This document shows positions 9,436 to 18,635 of a stretch of 64,000 nucleotides of DNA, one piece after another. The translations under genes and the position numbers were made by a program. Within the stretch, counting starts at the first letter, position 1. Every line of letters starts with the position of its first letter. This DNA is from a virus. Lineage: Duplodnaviria > Caudoviricetes. The stretch lies in the IMG/VR virus record IMGVR_UViG_2795386110_000001, positions 1 to 64,000 of that record; one strand, given 5' to 3'. Below the pieces are notes generated by a model. It was given only the letters and a program-made list of their open reading frames with translations. It searched no databases and was not told the origin of the DNA.

Positions 9436-9620
9436 TCTTCGTCGGCCTATACCTGTTCACCGTCCTGACCAGCTCCGCAGGGCTCCTCGGGCATCCGCCG
9501 GTCCTGGCCTCCATGACCCACCGGGCAGCCGTCTGGGCCCTCCAGCGGGCCACCCGGGGCCGCCGTCGGCAACCCGCGCGGCGGGCGCCGTCATGGGCCC
9601 GGGACGGGGGGAAGCGATGA
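9432..9620 (+). CDS. Small hypothetical membrane protein
   Basis: Translationally coupled at both ends. Confidence 0.5.
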   Translation: MIFVGLYLFTVLTSSAGLLGHPPVLASMTHRAAVWALQRATRGRRRQPARRAPSWARDGGKR

Positions 9621-9844
9621 CGCCGGCGATGCCTCCACCGCTCGGCGACTGCCAGCTCTGCCGCCACCGCAAGCACGTGTTCCCGCACAAGTCGAAGCGG
9701 GACGGGCTGGTGCGGAACCTGTGCGTCGGCTGCCACGGATCAGCGACGACCACCGAAGAGCGGGGCGGGTTCATCGACTTCGACCAGGCGCACACGCACG
9801 GGTCGGACGAGGACCTGCTGACGTGGCTGCGAGGTGACCTGTGA
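9617..9844 (+). CDS. Small Zn-finger protein
   Basis: CQLC...CVGC; ATGA coupling. Confidence 0.6.
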   Translation: MTPAMPPPLGDCQLCRHRKHVFPHKSKRDGLVRNLCVGCHGSATTTEERGGFIDFDQAHTHGSDEDLLTWLRGDL

Positions 9845-9861
9845 TGCGACGGTCGCGGGGG

Positions 9862-10077
9862 TCACTTCTCCTTGGACGGGGCCGGGACGGTTTCCAGCCC
9901 GAGCGCTTCAAGGGCCTGCTCGTAGAACTCGATCGACACGATCGCAGCGACGCGCTTACCGCGGCTGGTCAGGACGGTGGCGCCGTTGCCATATCGGGCA
10001 CGGCCGACAGCGTCCGCGAAGGAGTTCCGCACGTCGGCGATCTTCTCGACGTGCTCAGCAGTCCCCTCCAGCACCAC
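9862..10077 (-). CDS. Phd/YefM-family antitoxin (orphan, antisense to the early operon; start approximate)
   Basis: KIADVRNSFADAVGRARYGNGATVLTSRGKRVAAIVSIEFYE matches the Phd/YefM pattern. Confidence 0.75.
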   Translation of the reverse strand: MVLEGTAEHVEKIADVRNSFADAVGRARYGNGATVLTSRGKRVAAIVSIEFYEQALEALGLETVPAPSKEK

Positions 10078-10093
10078 TCGAAAGCGAGCATCT

Positions 10094-11398
10094 GTGAGCA
10101 CCGAGCGTCCCCGCGTCATCCGTCGCGGCGCCGTCGTCGACTGGGTCAAGTTCGACGCCGAGCTTGCCCGTGATGGCAGCGTGGACCCGGTCGACAAGGC
10201 GCTCTACGCGGCCATCGCGTCGTTCGTGGACACCGCAACCCGCGAGTCCGCCGAGTCCGCCGAGGTGGACCCGAACAACGTCCCGGACTGGGTCCCGACG
10301 CGCAAGCGGCTGGCCGAGTGCATAGGCCGGTCGGTCGACACCGTGGACCGCTCGACGAAACGACTGGAGGCGCACGGCCTGCTGCGCGTCGACCGCCAGC
10401 CTGATCCGAGGAACCCGAAGCGGCACCTGCCGAGCGTGTACGAACTGCTCGACCACTACCGGTGGGACGAGCGGGCCGCCCAGCGCGATGCAGCCCGCAA
10501 GGCAGCCCGGAATTCGCTGGGGGGTGGCCGCACGGGTGCGGCTACCCCTGGCCGCAGCGATGCGGCGACCCCTCGCCGCACGGGTGCGGCTAGCCCTGGC
10601 CGCACGGATGCGGCGGTAAAAGATCTAGAAGAAGGTGTTGAAGAAGAGAGTGGAGAGAGTGCGCCTTCGGCGCGTAGCGCCACTGACGTCCGTAGGACTG
10701 GTGCAGGTAGTAGCGCGCGAGCGAACAGCGGCTCCGCCGCGACGGGCAAGAAGCTGCCTCTGACCAGTGAGCAGAGGGCGGCCCTGCGGGTCGTAGAGGC
10801 GGCGCTTCCCCGCCCGCTGCTTGCCCAGCTGCCCGGCCAGCGGATCCCGGGCAACAACCACCGCGCGGTGCTCGCCGTGCTGGACGCCCGTACGCCCACG
10901 CAGATCGCCGGGCGGATCGGCCGCCGGTGGGTTGGCTGGGGCTTCGAACCGGCCTTCTACGACGGCCTGATCCGGAATCCGATCGGCGCGGCCCTGGCGC
11001 TGATCGGCCCCACCCCCTACTGCCCCGACCCGTCGTGCGAGGACGGCGTCATGGTCGACACCAGCGCCGAGTGCCGGGCCTGCGTCGAGCGCCGCGCGAA
11101 CCGCCGCGCCGCCTACAACCGCGGCGAGGACCCGCGTCGGCCCCCTGGCGCCTCGGCTCCGCGCCCCGAGTGCGTCGACTGCGGCCGCCCGCTCGCCGGC
11201 GACCTCCCCGACGACGGGATGTGCCGGAGGTGCCGCGACGCTCCCGCCGACGCCATCACCGCGCTCATGGCGCGCTGGGCGGCCGAAGACGCCGCCCGAG
11301 CAGAGGCAGAAGCCCTCCATGCCGAGGCCGCCCGCCGCCGCGCTCAGCGCGCCGCCCACCCCCAGACCACCGACCAGCACGGCCCCCCGCCGTTCTGA
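10094..11398 (+). CDS. Phage replication initiator (N-terminal HTH, C-terminal Zn fingers)
   Basis: DKALYAAIASF...PTRKRLAECIGRSVDTVDRSTKRLEAHGLL; internal iterons; C-terminal CxxC pairs. Confidence 0.8.
   Translation: MSTERPRVIRRGAVVDWVKFDAELARDGSVDPVDKALYAAIASFVDTATRESAESAEVDPNNVPDWVPTRKRLAECIGRSVDTVDRSTKRLEAHGLLRVDRQPDPRNPKRHLPSVYELLDHYRWDERAAQRDAARKAARNSLGGGRTGAATPGRSDAATPRRTGAASPGRTDAAVKDLEEGVEEESGESAPSARSATDVRRTGAGSSARANSGSAATGKKLPLTSEQRAALRVVEAALPRPLLAQLPGQRIPGNNHRAVLAVLDARTPTQIAGRIGRRWVGWGFEPAFYDGLIRNPIGAALALIGPTPYCPDPSCEDGVMVDTSAECRACVERRANRRAAYNRGEDPRRPPGASAPRPECVDCGRPLAGDLPDDGMCRRCRDAPADAITALMARWAAEDAARAEAEALHAEAARRRAQRAAHPQTTDQHGPPPF
10526..10660. repeat. Replication origin: four 24-bp iterons plus a purine/AT-rich tract
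   Basis: GGCCGCACGGGTGCGGCTACCCCT-like unit x4, each containing GCCGCA-N4-TGCGGC, followed by TAAAAGATCTAGAAGAAG. Confidence 0.75.
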
Positions 11399-11417
11399 GC
11401 CACGAGGAGTAAGCCCG

Positions 11418-12140
11418 ATGACGAACCTGACCGACTACGACACCCCGGAGGCTCTCCGCAGCTTCCTGAAGCTGTGCCTCGACCCGGGCCACGGCATCAA
11501 GCGGACCCCGGTCCGGTTGACTGAGGTGCTGCCCGAGCCGCTCGCCCGGAAGGCCGCCGAGTTCGCCCCGTACCTGGGCCGACTGCGCCACCACGCCGAT
11601 GCCCTCGACGAGCAGGCGACGCGCGCACGCGGCGCGTACGCCGACGCGCTCGCCGCATGGATCCACGGCGAGGACCCGAAGCCCGTCCAGTCGATGCCGC
11701 TCCTCCAGGCCGTCGCCGTGGCCTACGACGCCGCTGTCTCGCATGCCACAGCGTGCGGCAGCTGCTGGCCCGGCATGCGCCTCGCGGAGATGTGCGCAGA
11801 CGGGCAGCGCGCCGCGATCGCCAGTCTCGACACGGTCCCCGCCGCAGCGGCGGAATGCGCGCACGACGAGGACGACGAGATCCGCACGGTGGCCGGCCTC
11901 GTCCTCGTGTGCCGCTGCCGACACTGCGGCGAGCGCCTGGACCCCGTCGTCGCCCCCGAGTGTGCGCACCTCGCATGGGAGGTCACCAGCGAGTACCGCA
12001 ACGCCCGGTACCTGTGGGTGAAGTCCCGTAAGTGCGCCGACTGCGGCGACCGCCTGGACCCAGCCGTCGAGCCGGAACCCCAGTGGCCCGACAAGGCCTT
12101 GAGCGGCTGCCCCGGCTTCGTGAAGTCGTACCAGGAGTGA
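11418..12140 (+). CDS. Hypothetical phage protein with duplicated Zn-ribbon
   Basis: ECAH...CRHCGERLDP and ECAH...CADCGDRLDP; GAGGAG RBS. Confidence 0.7.
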   Translation: MTNLTDYDTPEALRSFLKLCLDPGHGIKRTPVRLTEVLPEPLARKAAEFAPYLGRLRHHADALDEQATRARGAYADALAAWIHGEDPKPVQSMPLLQAVAVAYDAAVSHATACGSCWPGMRLAEMCADGQRAAIASLDTVPAAAAECAHDEDDEIRTVAGLVLVCRCRHCGERLDPVVAPECAHLAWEVTSEYRNARYLWVKSRKCADCGDRLDPAVEPEPQWPDKALSGCPGFVKSYQE

Positions 12141-12461
12141 GCGACGCCAAGCGGCGGCTGCCCCGCTGCAAGTTCTGCCGCCAGCCGCGAACCGCGCACC
12201 CCGAGGGCGAGGCCCACCGCGACACGGAGCAGGCGGACTCGTGCGTCTGATCCCGATGTGTGTTCGCCGCCGCTGGAAGCGGTGGCGGCACGCCCGCGAA
12301 TGGCGCCGGATGGAGGCCTTCGCCTTCCAGTGCGCACCCGTCCCGACCTGGTGTCGCATCCGCGCCTGGAACGACGCCGCCCGCATATGGGACCGCCACC
12401 CCGAGCGCCCCCGGAGGAACCCACCGACGGCCGACTCCGCACGCACAGGGATAACAGGCTC

Positions 12462-12668
12462 ATGAGCGCACTGAACTGCCCCAACCCCGCTTGTGAGGCC
12501 TCACGCAGGGCCGGCCAGTACCTGTGCTGGGACTGCTGGGACGCCCTGCCCGACCCGACCCGCCGCGCCCTCAGCACCCGCGACGACCTCGCCATAGGCC
12601 GGCTCCAGATCCTCCACCGGGAGCTTGCTGCCGGTGTCCCACCGCACGAGATCGAGACCGACCTGTGA
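12462..12668 (+). CDS. Small Cys-rich phage protein
   Basis: CPNPAC...YLCWDCWDALP. Confidence 0.65.
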   Translation: MSALNCPNPACEASRRAGQYLCWDCWDALPDPTRRALSTRDDLAIGRLQILHRELAAGVPPHEIETDL

Positions 12669-12913
12669 ACACCCACCGCTGCTACGCCCGCGCCCTCACC
12701 GCAGGTGCCGTCTGCCTCGCATTCGCCGGGGTCGCCGTCGCCGTCTGGTCGGCCGTGACCTTCGGCCTCGACGACGGCGGCTACGTCGTGGCGGTCGTCG
12801 GCTTCGTGTACGGCTCGCTCGTCCTCACGTGTGCGTCGTCCCGCGAACGCGCCGCCAGCCGACGTGCCGCAACAGAGGCCCCCTCGCCCGCTGGCCCGAG
12901 GCGGCGGGCGTGA
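12665..12913 (+). CDS. Small membrane protein
   Basis: Two hydrophobic segments; GTGA coupling. Confidence 0.55.
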   Translation: MNTHRCYARALTAGAVCLAFAGVAVAVWSAVTFGLDDGGYVVAVVGFVYGSLVLTCASSRERAASRRAATEAPSPAGPRRRA

Positions 12914-13203
12914 CCGAACAGGACTCGCTGCTGGTCTACTTCGCGCTCGCCTGCATGTGGATCGGCGGATACGCCACCGGCCGGGGCCGCATCGTGAAGG
13001 CCCTCGTCGTCTGGGCCGACCGGCAGGTGGGCTCCGCCTCCCGCCGCTCACCAAGGTTCTGGCTTGGCTTGCCGATCGTCCTCGTGGCCGCCGCCTGCCT
13101 GTGGGTCTTCCGACCCCGCCGCACCTTGACCAGCTACCGCGCATGGAAGACCCGGCAGCACCCGGCCATCCCGTACGGCCCCGCCCCGAGGGGGCAACGA
13201 TGA
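12910..13203 (+). CDS. Small membrane protein
   Basis: Two hydrophobic segments; GTGA coupling. Confidence 0.55.
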   Translation: MTEQDSLLVYFALACMWIGGYATGRGRIVKALVVWADRQVGSASRRSPRFWLGLPIVLVAAACLWVFRPRRTLTSYRAWKTRQHPAIPYGPAPRGQR

Positions 13204-13427
13204 CCGCCCACACCGACGGAGCGCACGTCAACGAGGACAAGCCGGACGCCCCACGACGCTTCCGCTTCGAGTACCGGGCACGCGTGCCCCGCCACCTCGT
13301 CGGCGCTGCCCTCGCCGAAGCAATCGGCGCCCTCCGGCGGGAGATGCCAGAGGAGGACGCCGACCCGCCACCCACCACCGCACCGCCAACTCCACCTCGT
13401 ACGGCATGTGTACCCCCGTGCTCGTGA
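13200..13427 (+). CDS. Hypothetical protein
   Basis: ATGA coupling; FRFEYRARVPRHLVGAALAEA. Confidence 0.45.
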   Translation: MTAHTDGAHVNEDKPDAPRRFRFEYRARVPRHLVGAALAEAIGALRREMPEEDADPPPTTAPPTPPRTACVPPCS

Positions 13428-13466
13428 TCAACCCGAGGCAGCTTGCCTTCGTGACAAGATCTGGGC

Positions 13467-13991
13467 GTGACGACGTTGTTCCTGACGGTTGGCCTGCCCG
13501 GGGCCGGAAAGACCACGAGAGCTCGACAGCTGGCCAACGAGCACAACGCGCTGCGGCTGACCCCAGACGAGTGGATGCTCCCGCTGTTCGGCGATCCGCA
13601 GCCGGCCGGGAAGCGCGATGTGCTGGAAGGACGGCTGCTCTGGCTGGGTCTGGAGGCGCTGAAGCTGGGAACGAACGTGGTCCTGGATTTCGGATGCTGG
13701 TCTCGTGACGAGAGGTCCGCGATCCGCTGGCTGGTGACGTCTGTGGGCGCGTCCTGCCAACTCGTGTACGTGCCGGTGGACCATGAGACCCAACGTGCTC
13801 GGATCGCCCATCGCCAGGCGACCACCCCCGATCAGACCTTCGTGATGAGCGAGACGGACCTCTTGCACTGGAGGACGCTGTTCGAGGAGCCCGACGCCAC
13901 GGAACTCAATGGGCATGAGGTAGGAGGCCCGCCTCCTGGGTGGTCAGGATGGCTGGAGTGGGCCGCCGACCGGTGGCCATCGCTCGCGTGA
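13467..13991 (+). CDS. AAA_33-type P-loop kinase/ATPase (moron)
   Basis: GLPGAGKTT Walker A, LTPDEW, VVLDFGCWSRDER. Confidence 0.88.
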   Translation: MTTLFLTVGLPGAGKTTRARQLANEHNALRLTPDEWMLPLFGDPQPAGKRDVLEGRLLWLGLEALKLGTNVVLDFGCWSRDERSAIRWLVTSVGASCQLVYVPVDHETQRARIAHRQATTPDQTFVMSETDLLHWRTLFEEPDATELNGHEVGGPPPGWSGWLEWAADRWPSLA

Positions 13992-14068
13992 CTGGCCGGC
14001 CAACCGTGCCGCCCAGCAACGCAGCCGTGCCAAGAGAGCCGAGCCCGGAAAGATCCGCCGGACAGGCC

Positions 14069-14500
14069 CTAATCCAGGATCCCCAGCTCGGTGTCCGGAC
14101 GACAGAACGCGCACGCCTCCAGCTGCGCATCCGTCAAGGCCAACCGAGCCTCGTGTGCGGACACCGGGTGCGTCATGTTGCTGGTCATCGTGCAGTCGTC
14201 CAGGTGCACCACAGCCTCCTGCGGGCCCGTCGGAGTCCGACGCTCCTCGATCGTGAAGCCCGTCGACCCCCGCTCGCCGCAGGTTGGCGCGGGCCCCAGC
14301 GCCGGACGGGATGCTACAGCCCGGCGCGGCGGTGGACCCGACTCTGCCGGCTTCTGGGCCTCAGCCACCGTCAGGGCGTGCCGCACCGACTCAACCTGGA
14401 GCCGCAGGTAGGTGAGGACGGTTTCTTCCTCGGCGAGCTGCTTTTCGAGGTACCCGAGGATCGCCCTGAGGCGAGGAGGGTCCGGCGGCAACTCGTTCAC
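14069..14500 (-). CDS. DUF6233-like protein
   Basis: NELPPDPPRL N-terminus and VHLDDC...EARLAL...ACAFCRPDTELG C-terminus; TAGAAT -10 box just upstream of GTG. Confidence 0.75.
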   Translation of the reverse strand: MNELPPDPPRLRAILGYLEKQLAEEETVLTYLRLQVESVRHALTVAEAQKPAESGPPPRRAVASRPALGPAPTCGERGSTGFTIEERRTPTGPQEAVVHLDDCTMTSNMTHPVSAHEARLALTDAQLEACAFCRPDTELGILD

Positions 14501-14600
14501 GCGTTCGATTCTAGGTGTGATCCGCGTGCGTGCATCCGTGGTCAGGTTGTCCTGTGACAGCGAACCCCGAGTGCGAGCCATCGGGGGTTGAGTGAGCCTT

Positions 14601-14921
14601 CTACTGGCTGGAGCGAGGCATCCGGACGACCGCGGTCCCTCCGTCCAGATCGACCGTTGTCCTGTTCGGCGGAGCCCCGTCATCCTCGTTGTCCGGTAGG
14701 ACCAGGGCCGACTGCCGCTCCTTCAGTTCGTTCTGCTTGCCCGGCGAAAGGCTTGCGTGCAGCTGCTCGAACCCGGTCGCTGATATCTGGCCCTGACGTC
14801 CGTTGTTCCGCCATGGCAGCACTCCGGCCCGTCCCGCGCGCAAAAGCAACTGGTCAACAAAGGCCAGCAGGGTCAGCGCGATGACGAGGCCGGGAAGGGT
14901 CATGAAGAAGACGAATTCCAT
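14601..14921 (-). CDS. DUF6191-like membrane protein
   Basis: MTLPGLVIAL...SATGFEQLHA...DDGAPP...VDLDGG. Confidence 0.75.
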   Translation of the reverse strand: MEFVFFMTLPGLVIALTLLAFVDQLLLRAGRAGVLPWRNNGRQGQISATGFEQLHASLSPGKQNELKERQSALVLPDNEDDGAPPNRTTVDLDGGTAVVRMPRSSQ

Positions 14922-15009
14922 GCCCTGAGTATCCGGGCCGCACTCTCCCGGCGCTTAGCTTTCGATGGCACGCGCTCAAGGTTCGTTGTCACAGGACGCA
15001 GGTGTGGCG

Positions 15010-15357
15010 CTACCCGCCGTCGCTTCCGTCGTCGCCCTCCTTTGCCTTTCGCGGCCGGGTCTTCCCTGACCCTGAGTAGCCGCGCTCAATGTCCTGGACG
15101 GTCGAGGGGGAGACGCCGATCTTCGCCGCGAGCTTCCGCACGGATACCTGCTGGCTTCGCTGGCCGAGGACGTACTCCCGGCGGAGATCGCTGAGCTCCT
15201 TGATCTTCGGACCGTACTCCCGAAGGAACGTGCTGATCTCCCGGGCGCGATCTCCCTCGTCCTCGATGGCCTTGAGGGCATCCAGGGCGTCGAACACGCG
15301 CTGTGCCACCTCCCCGCCGCCTGCCTGTTCTTCGGCCATCCGGTTCCCATCTGCCAT
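15010..15357 (-). CDS. HTH transcriptional regulator (Kor/TraR-like position)
   Basis: SVRKLAAKIGVSPSTVQDIERG; divergent from the membrane-protein operon. Confidence 0.8.
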   Translation of the reverse strand: MADGNRMAEEQAGGGEVAQRVFDALDALKAIEDEGDRAREISTFLREYGPKIKELSDLRREYVLGQRSQQVSVRKLAAKIGVSPSTVQDIERGYSGSGKTRPRKAKEGDDGSDGG

Positions 15358-15361
15358 GGCC

Positions 15362-15402
15362 GCTTGCCCGACTGTATGGGGGTCCCATACAGTCGGGCAA
15401 GC
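15362..15402. promoter_or_regulatory. Perfect 19-bp inverted repeat, probable operator
   Basis: GCTTGCCCGACTGTATGGG-GGT-CCCATACAGTCGGGCAAGC immediately upstream of the HTH gene. Confidence 0.7.
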
Positions 15403-15559
15403 AACGCGATGTTGCGCCTACAAGTCGGCCCCCGGTCGGGGCCTAGGAAACGCCGACCGGGGGCCACGTCAGATGGAGCTGACGCATGCCACAGGGTACT
15501 AACGCGCGCCCGGGTAATCGCCCGGACTGCGCGGACAAGCAACTGCGCAAGGTGCGCCG

Positions 15560-15751
15560 ATGACCGCCCGCCGGATCAGCACGAAGACGCCGAACCAGAC
15601 CGTTGCTCAGCCGGCGACGGTGCCTGCCTGCCGCCAGGACCGGGGCACGCCGCAGGACCGGGCTGCTCGGGCGGAGGACGCGGTCGCGCAGTCGGAGACG
15701 ACGAAGTGGAACGCCAAGGCCGGGGCCGAGCGGTGGGGCGGTGTCCGCTGA
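15560..15751 (+). CDS. Small hypothetical protein
   Basis: AAGGTG RBS; coupled to the next ORF by TGATG. Confidence 0.5.
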   Translation: MTARRISTKTPNQTVAQPATVPACRQDRGTPQDRAARAEDAVAQSETTKWNAKAGAERWGGVR

Positions 15752-15990
15752 TGGGCGAGCGCCTCGACCGCATCCGCGAAGCGATGACGGGCGGCCCGCG
15801 CTACACGCCCGCCGTCGGCCCGTACGCCGCGACCCGCGACCAGGACAAGAACACCCGCCGTCGGGGCCGTGAGCTCGACGCCGCGGCGAGCCGCCGCCGA
15901 CGACACCGCGAGATCGTCGCGCGTGGTGGGTCGGACGGCATGAAGTTCGGCTTCGAGGAGAAGCCGGGCCTGTTCCGCCGCCGCTCCTGA
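15751..15990 (+). CDS. Small basic hypothetical protein
   Basis: MGERLDRIREAMTGG...; high-GC3 codon usage. Confidence 0.55.
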   Translation: MGERLDRIREAMTGGPRYTPAVGPYAATRDQDKNTRRRGRELDAAASRRRRHREIVARGGSDGMKFGFEEKPGLFRRRS

Positions 15991-16088
15991 CCGCCGGATG
16001 ACCGCCGGGCCCTCGCCCGTCCCCTCCCGCAGGGGCGAGGGCCCGGCTTCCCCGCGACACGTCCCGACCACACGCGAAGGGCAGACCC

Positions 16089-17309
16089 ATGACCGAGACG
16101 CGCAAGCTCACCGGAGGGCAGCGCGCCGTACTGATCTCCGCGACGGTCCCGATGATCGGCTTCGGCGGCCTCGGCGGCTGGGGCACGTTCACGAACGTCG
16201 TGAGCGAGTTCGGGCCGGACCGGCAGGCGACGGCGCTCGGCGTCGTCGCGGCCGGTGAGGGCGCGACGCTCGTCCTCGCCCTGGTCATGATGCTGCTGAC
16301 CATGCTCGGGCAAGCCGCACCCTGGCCCGTCCGGGCCGGCCTGTGGTCGGCGCCCGCCGCCGCGGCGGTGACTGGCGTCGTTGTCGCCGACACCCTCACC
16401 GAGTCGGTCGTCTACGGGATCACACCCATGGCTATGTGCGTCGCGGCCGAGGGCCTCGGCCTGGTCGCCCGGCGGCTCGTCGTCTACCGGACGAACGTCG
16501 ACGTCGAGGCGCAGCGCCGCAACGCGCAGATCATGCGGAAGATCGCGTACCACAGTGCGCGCGCCGACCGACACCCGTGGAAGTGGGTGCAGCGCTGGTC
16601 GGCGCTTGTCGCGTGGCGACTGCTGCGCCGGGCGGGGGAGGGCGACACCGAGCTCGGCGTCGAGCTGATCCGCGTGCAGCGGGTCACGCTCACCGAAGGC
16701 GCGGGCCTGGCACTCGGCGACATGCTCGCCACCGGCACGGCCGTCCCCGTGCTGCTGCCCGCGACTGGGCCTGCGCCCGTCCGTGAGCCCGAGCCTGGGC
16801 CGCGTGAGCCTGAGCCCGCGCGTGAGCCTGAGCCCGTGCCTGAGCCTGAGCCCGTGCCTGAGCCGGAACACGAGTGTGAGCCCGAACCCGAGCAGCAGCG
16901 CGGCGAGACGGCGGCCCCGCCGGTCCCGCCAGTCGGCGAGCAGCCGATAGGCAGCACGGGCGCGAACCAGGCTCGTCCCGGCGGTGAGCCCGAGCCTGAG
17001 CCCAAGCACGAGCCTGAGCCCGCCGAGGGCGAACAGCTCCAGATCCTCAAGCTCGCCGACCGGCTGCGCGGCGGCGAGCAGATCACGAAGAAGACCGCAG
17101 CGCCGCTGCTTGGCGTGAGCCCGGCCACCGCGCAGCGCAGGCTCACGCAGGCTCACCGCGTCGTGAAGCTCGCCGAGCGGCTCAAGGCCGGTGACCGGCT
17201 CACACCCGCGACGGCCGCCCCGCTGATCGGCGTCGACGAGCGCACCGCAGGCCGCCGCCTGAACGAAGCGCGACAGCTGAACGGAGAAGGAGAGGGGTTC
17301 TACGCATGA
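16089..17309 (+). CDS. Plasmid-spread/conjugal-transfer-like membrane protein with C-terminal tandem HTH
   Basis: Four N-terminal TM segments, coiled segment, EP-rich linker, two HTH repeats (TKKTAAPLLGVSPATAQRRL; TPATAAPLIGVDERTAGRRL); SpdB2/DUF2637-like architecture. Confidence 0.7.
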   Translation: MTETRKLTGGQRAVLISATVPMIGFGGLGGWGTFTNVVSEFGPDRQATALGVVAAGEGATLVLALVMMLLTMLGQAAPWPVRAGLWSAPAAAAVTGVVVADTLTESVVYGITPMAMCVAAEGLGLVARRLVVYRTNVDVEAQRRNAQIMRKIAYHSARADRHPWKWVQRWSALVAWRLLRRAGEGDTELGVELIRVQRVTLTEGAGLALGDMLATGTAVPVLLPATGPAPVREPEPGPREPEPAREPEPVPEPEPVPEPEHECEPEPEQQRGETAAPPVPPVGEQPIGSTGANQARPGGEPEPEPKHEPEPAEGEQLQILKLADRLRGGEQITKKTAAPLLGVSPATAQRRLTQAHRVVKLAERLKAGDRLTPATAAPLIGVDERTAGRRLNEARQLNGEGEGFYA

Positions 17310-18202
17310 CCGACCGCATCGAGCCTGACGAAGACGAGACGGCGGTCCGTACGATGCTCCGTCGGCTCGGCGTCCGCCCGGCTGGGCACGACGTCGACGA
17401 CGCCGAGCAGCAGCCCGCCGCCGTTGCGGCCCCGCCGAAGCCCGAGCCGGCTGTCACGGTGCCCGGCCCGCGCCGGGCGAGCGCGCTTCGCCTGCCGGAC
17501 TGGTGGAACGAGAAGAAGCCCGCGCTCGGCGCTGACGACGAGCCCTCCGCGGCACCGGCCGGCGACGCCGAGGACGGCGACGAGCCGGGCGAGGAACCTG
17601 ACCTTGACGAGCACGACGACGAGCAGGACGACGCGCCCGCCGAGCAGCCCGCCCGGCGGCGCCGTCCGCGCCTGCTGAACGTCGTGAAGCGCCCCCACGC
17701 CGACGACGGCGACGGCCAGGCCGAAGAGGACGAAGAGGAGCCCGCAGACGGCGACGAGGACGCGGGGGAGGAGCAGCCCGCGAAGCGCGCCGGGCGGTCG
17801 CGCCCGTCGGGCGGCGGTTCCGCGCGGCCGCCGTTCGCGACGCCCGCGTTCCCGACGGCCACGGCCACGGAGAAAGAGCGGAAGTCGCTCGTCCAGGCCG
17901 TGCGCGAGGTGTCGCCCGAGGCGAAGTTCCTGATCTACCACGGGACCGGCCTCGGGGCCGGCTGGTTCTTCGGCATCCCGCAGTACGTGCACGACGTGAC
18001 CCGCAGCATCGCGGAATCGCCGCTCGCCCTGCGCGACAACCCCGACGCCTACTTCTGGGGCGTTGGCGCCGCCCTCCTCCTGGCCGTCGACCGCGCGACC
18101 CGGAAGTGGGTGATGCTCGTCCACTGGGCTGTGCGCGGCGTGACGACGTCGGCCGTCATCGGCGCCGCCCTCCACGGCAACCCCATCCCGCACTGGCACT
18201 GA
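17306..18202 (+). CDS. Membrane protein with acidic disordered N-terminus
   Basis: ATGA coupling; C-terminal TM segments. Confidence 0.7.
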   Translation: MTDRIEPDEDETAVRTMLRRLGVRPAGHDVDDAEQQPAAVAAPPKPEPAVTVPGPRRASALRLPDWWNEKKPALGADDEPSAAPAGDAEDGDEPGEEPDLDEHDDEQDDAPAEQPARRRRPRLLNVVKRPHADDGDGQAEEDEEEPADGDEDAGEEQPAKRAGRSRPSGGGSARPPFATPAFPTATATEKERKSLVQAVREVSPEAKFLIYHGTGLGAGWFFGIPQYVHDVTRSIAESPLALRDNPDAYFWGVGAALLLAVDRATRKWVMLVHWAVRGVTTSAVIGAALHGNPIPHWH

Positions 18203-18221
18203 GAGAACGGACAGAACACCC

Positions 18222-18635
18222 GTGACCTCCTTCTTCGGATCACTCGGCATAGTCAGCGTCGCCGGCGTCCTGAGCGTCATCCTGTGGTTCGGCACGAAGG
18301 ACAACGAAGGCGGGAAACTCAAGCCCCTCAACTGGGGCTGGATCGTCCTCCTGAGCCTGCTCGCCGGCGCGGCGTTCAAGGCTGCCGGTCCGCCGTTCAG
18401 CTTCGTCTCCGACCTCGTGAACGACCTGATCGGAATGTGGGGCGCGGCGTTCCCGGGCTACTCGATGCCGGGCATCGCGATGACGCTGACCGCCATCCTC
18501 CTGTGGAAGAAGATGACCAGGCGGCAGGTCGCCATGACCTCGATCGCCTTCTTCTACGTCGCGTCGGGCGCGGGCGCCGGGTACGGCGTCGTGGCCGAGC
18601 GGATCCACGAGATCGCGATGAGGCTCGCCGGATGA
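18222..18635 (+). CDS. Four-TM membrane protein
   Basis: 137-aa hydrophobic ORF. Confidence 0.75.
   Translation: MTSFFGSLGIVSVAGVLSVILWFGTKDNEGGKLKPLNWGWIVLLSLLAGAAFKAAGPPFSFVSDLVNDLIGMWGAAFPGYSMPGIAMTLTAILLWKKMTRRQVAMTSIAFFYVASGAGAGYGVVAERIHEIAMRLAG

Noticed and set aside
9841-10173. Plus-strand ORF overlapping the Phd-like gene
   Set aside because: It is the in-register antisense frame of the antitoxin, has no motif and overruns the initiator start, although its GTGA overlap with the upstream gene is curious.
10526-10617. Mini-CRISPR or simple protein repeat
   Set aside because: The 24-mers are contiguous with no spacers and lie inside the initiator gene; they fit iterons better.
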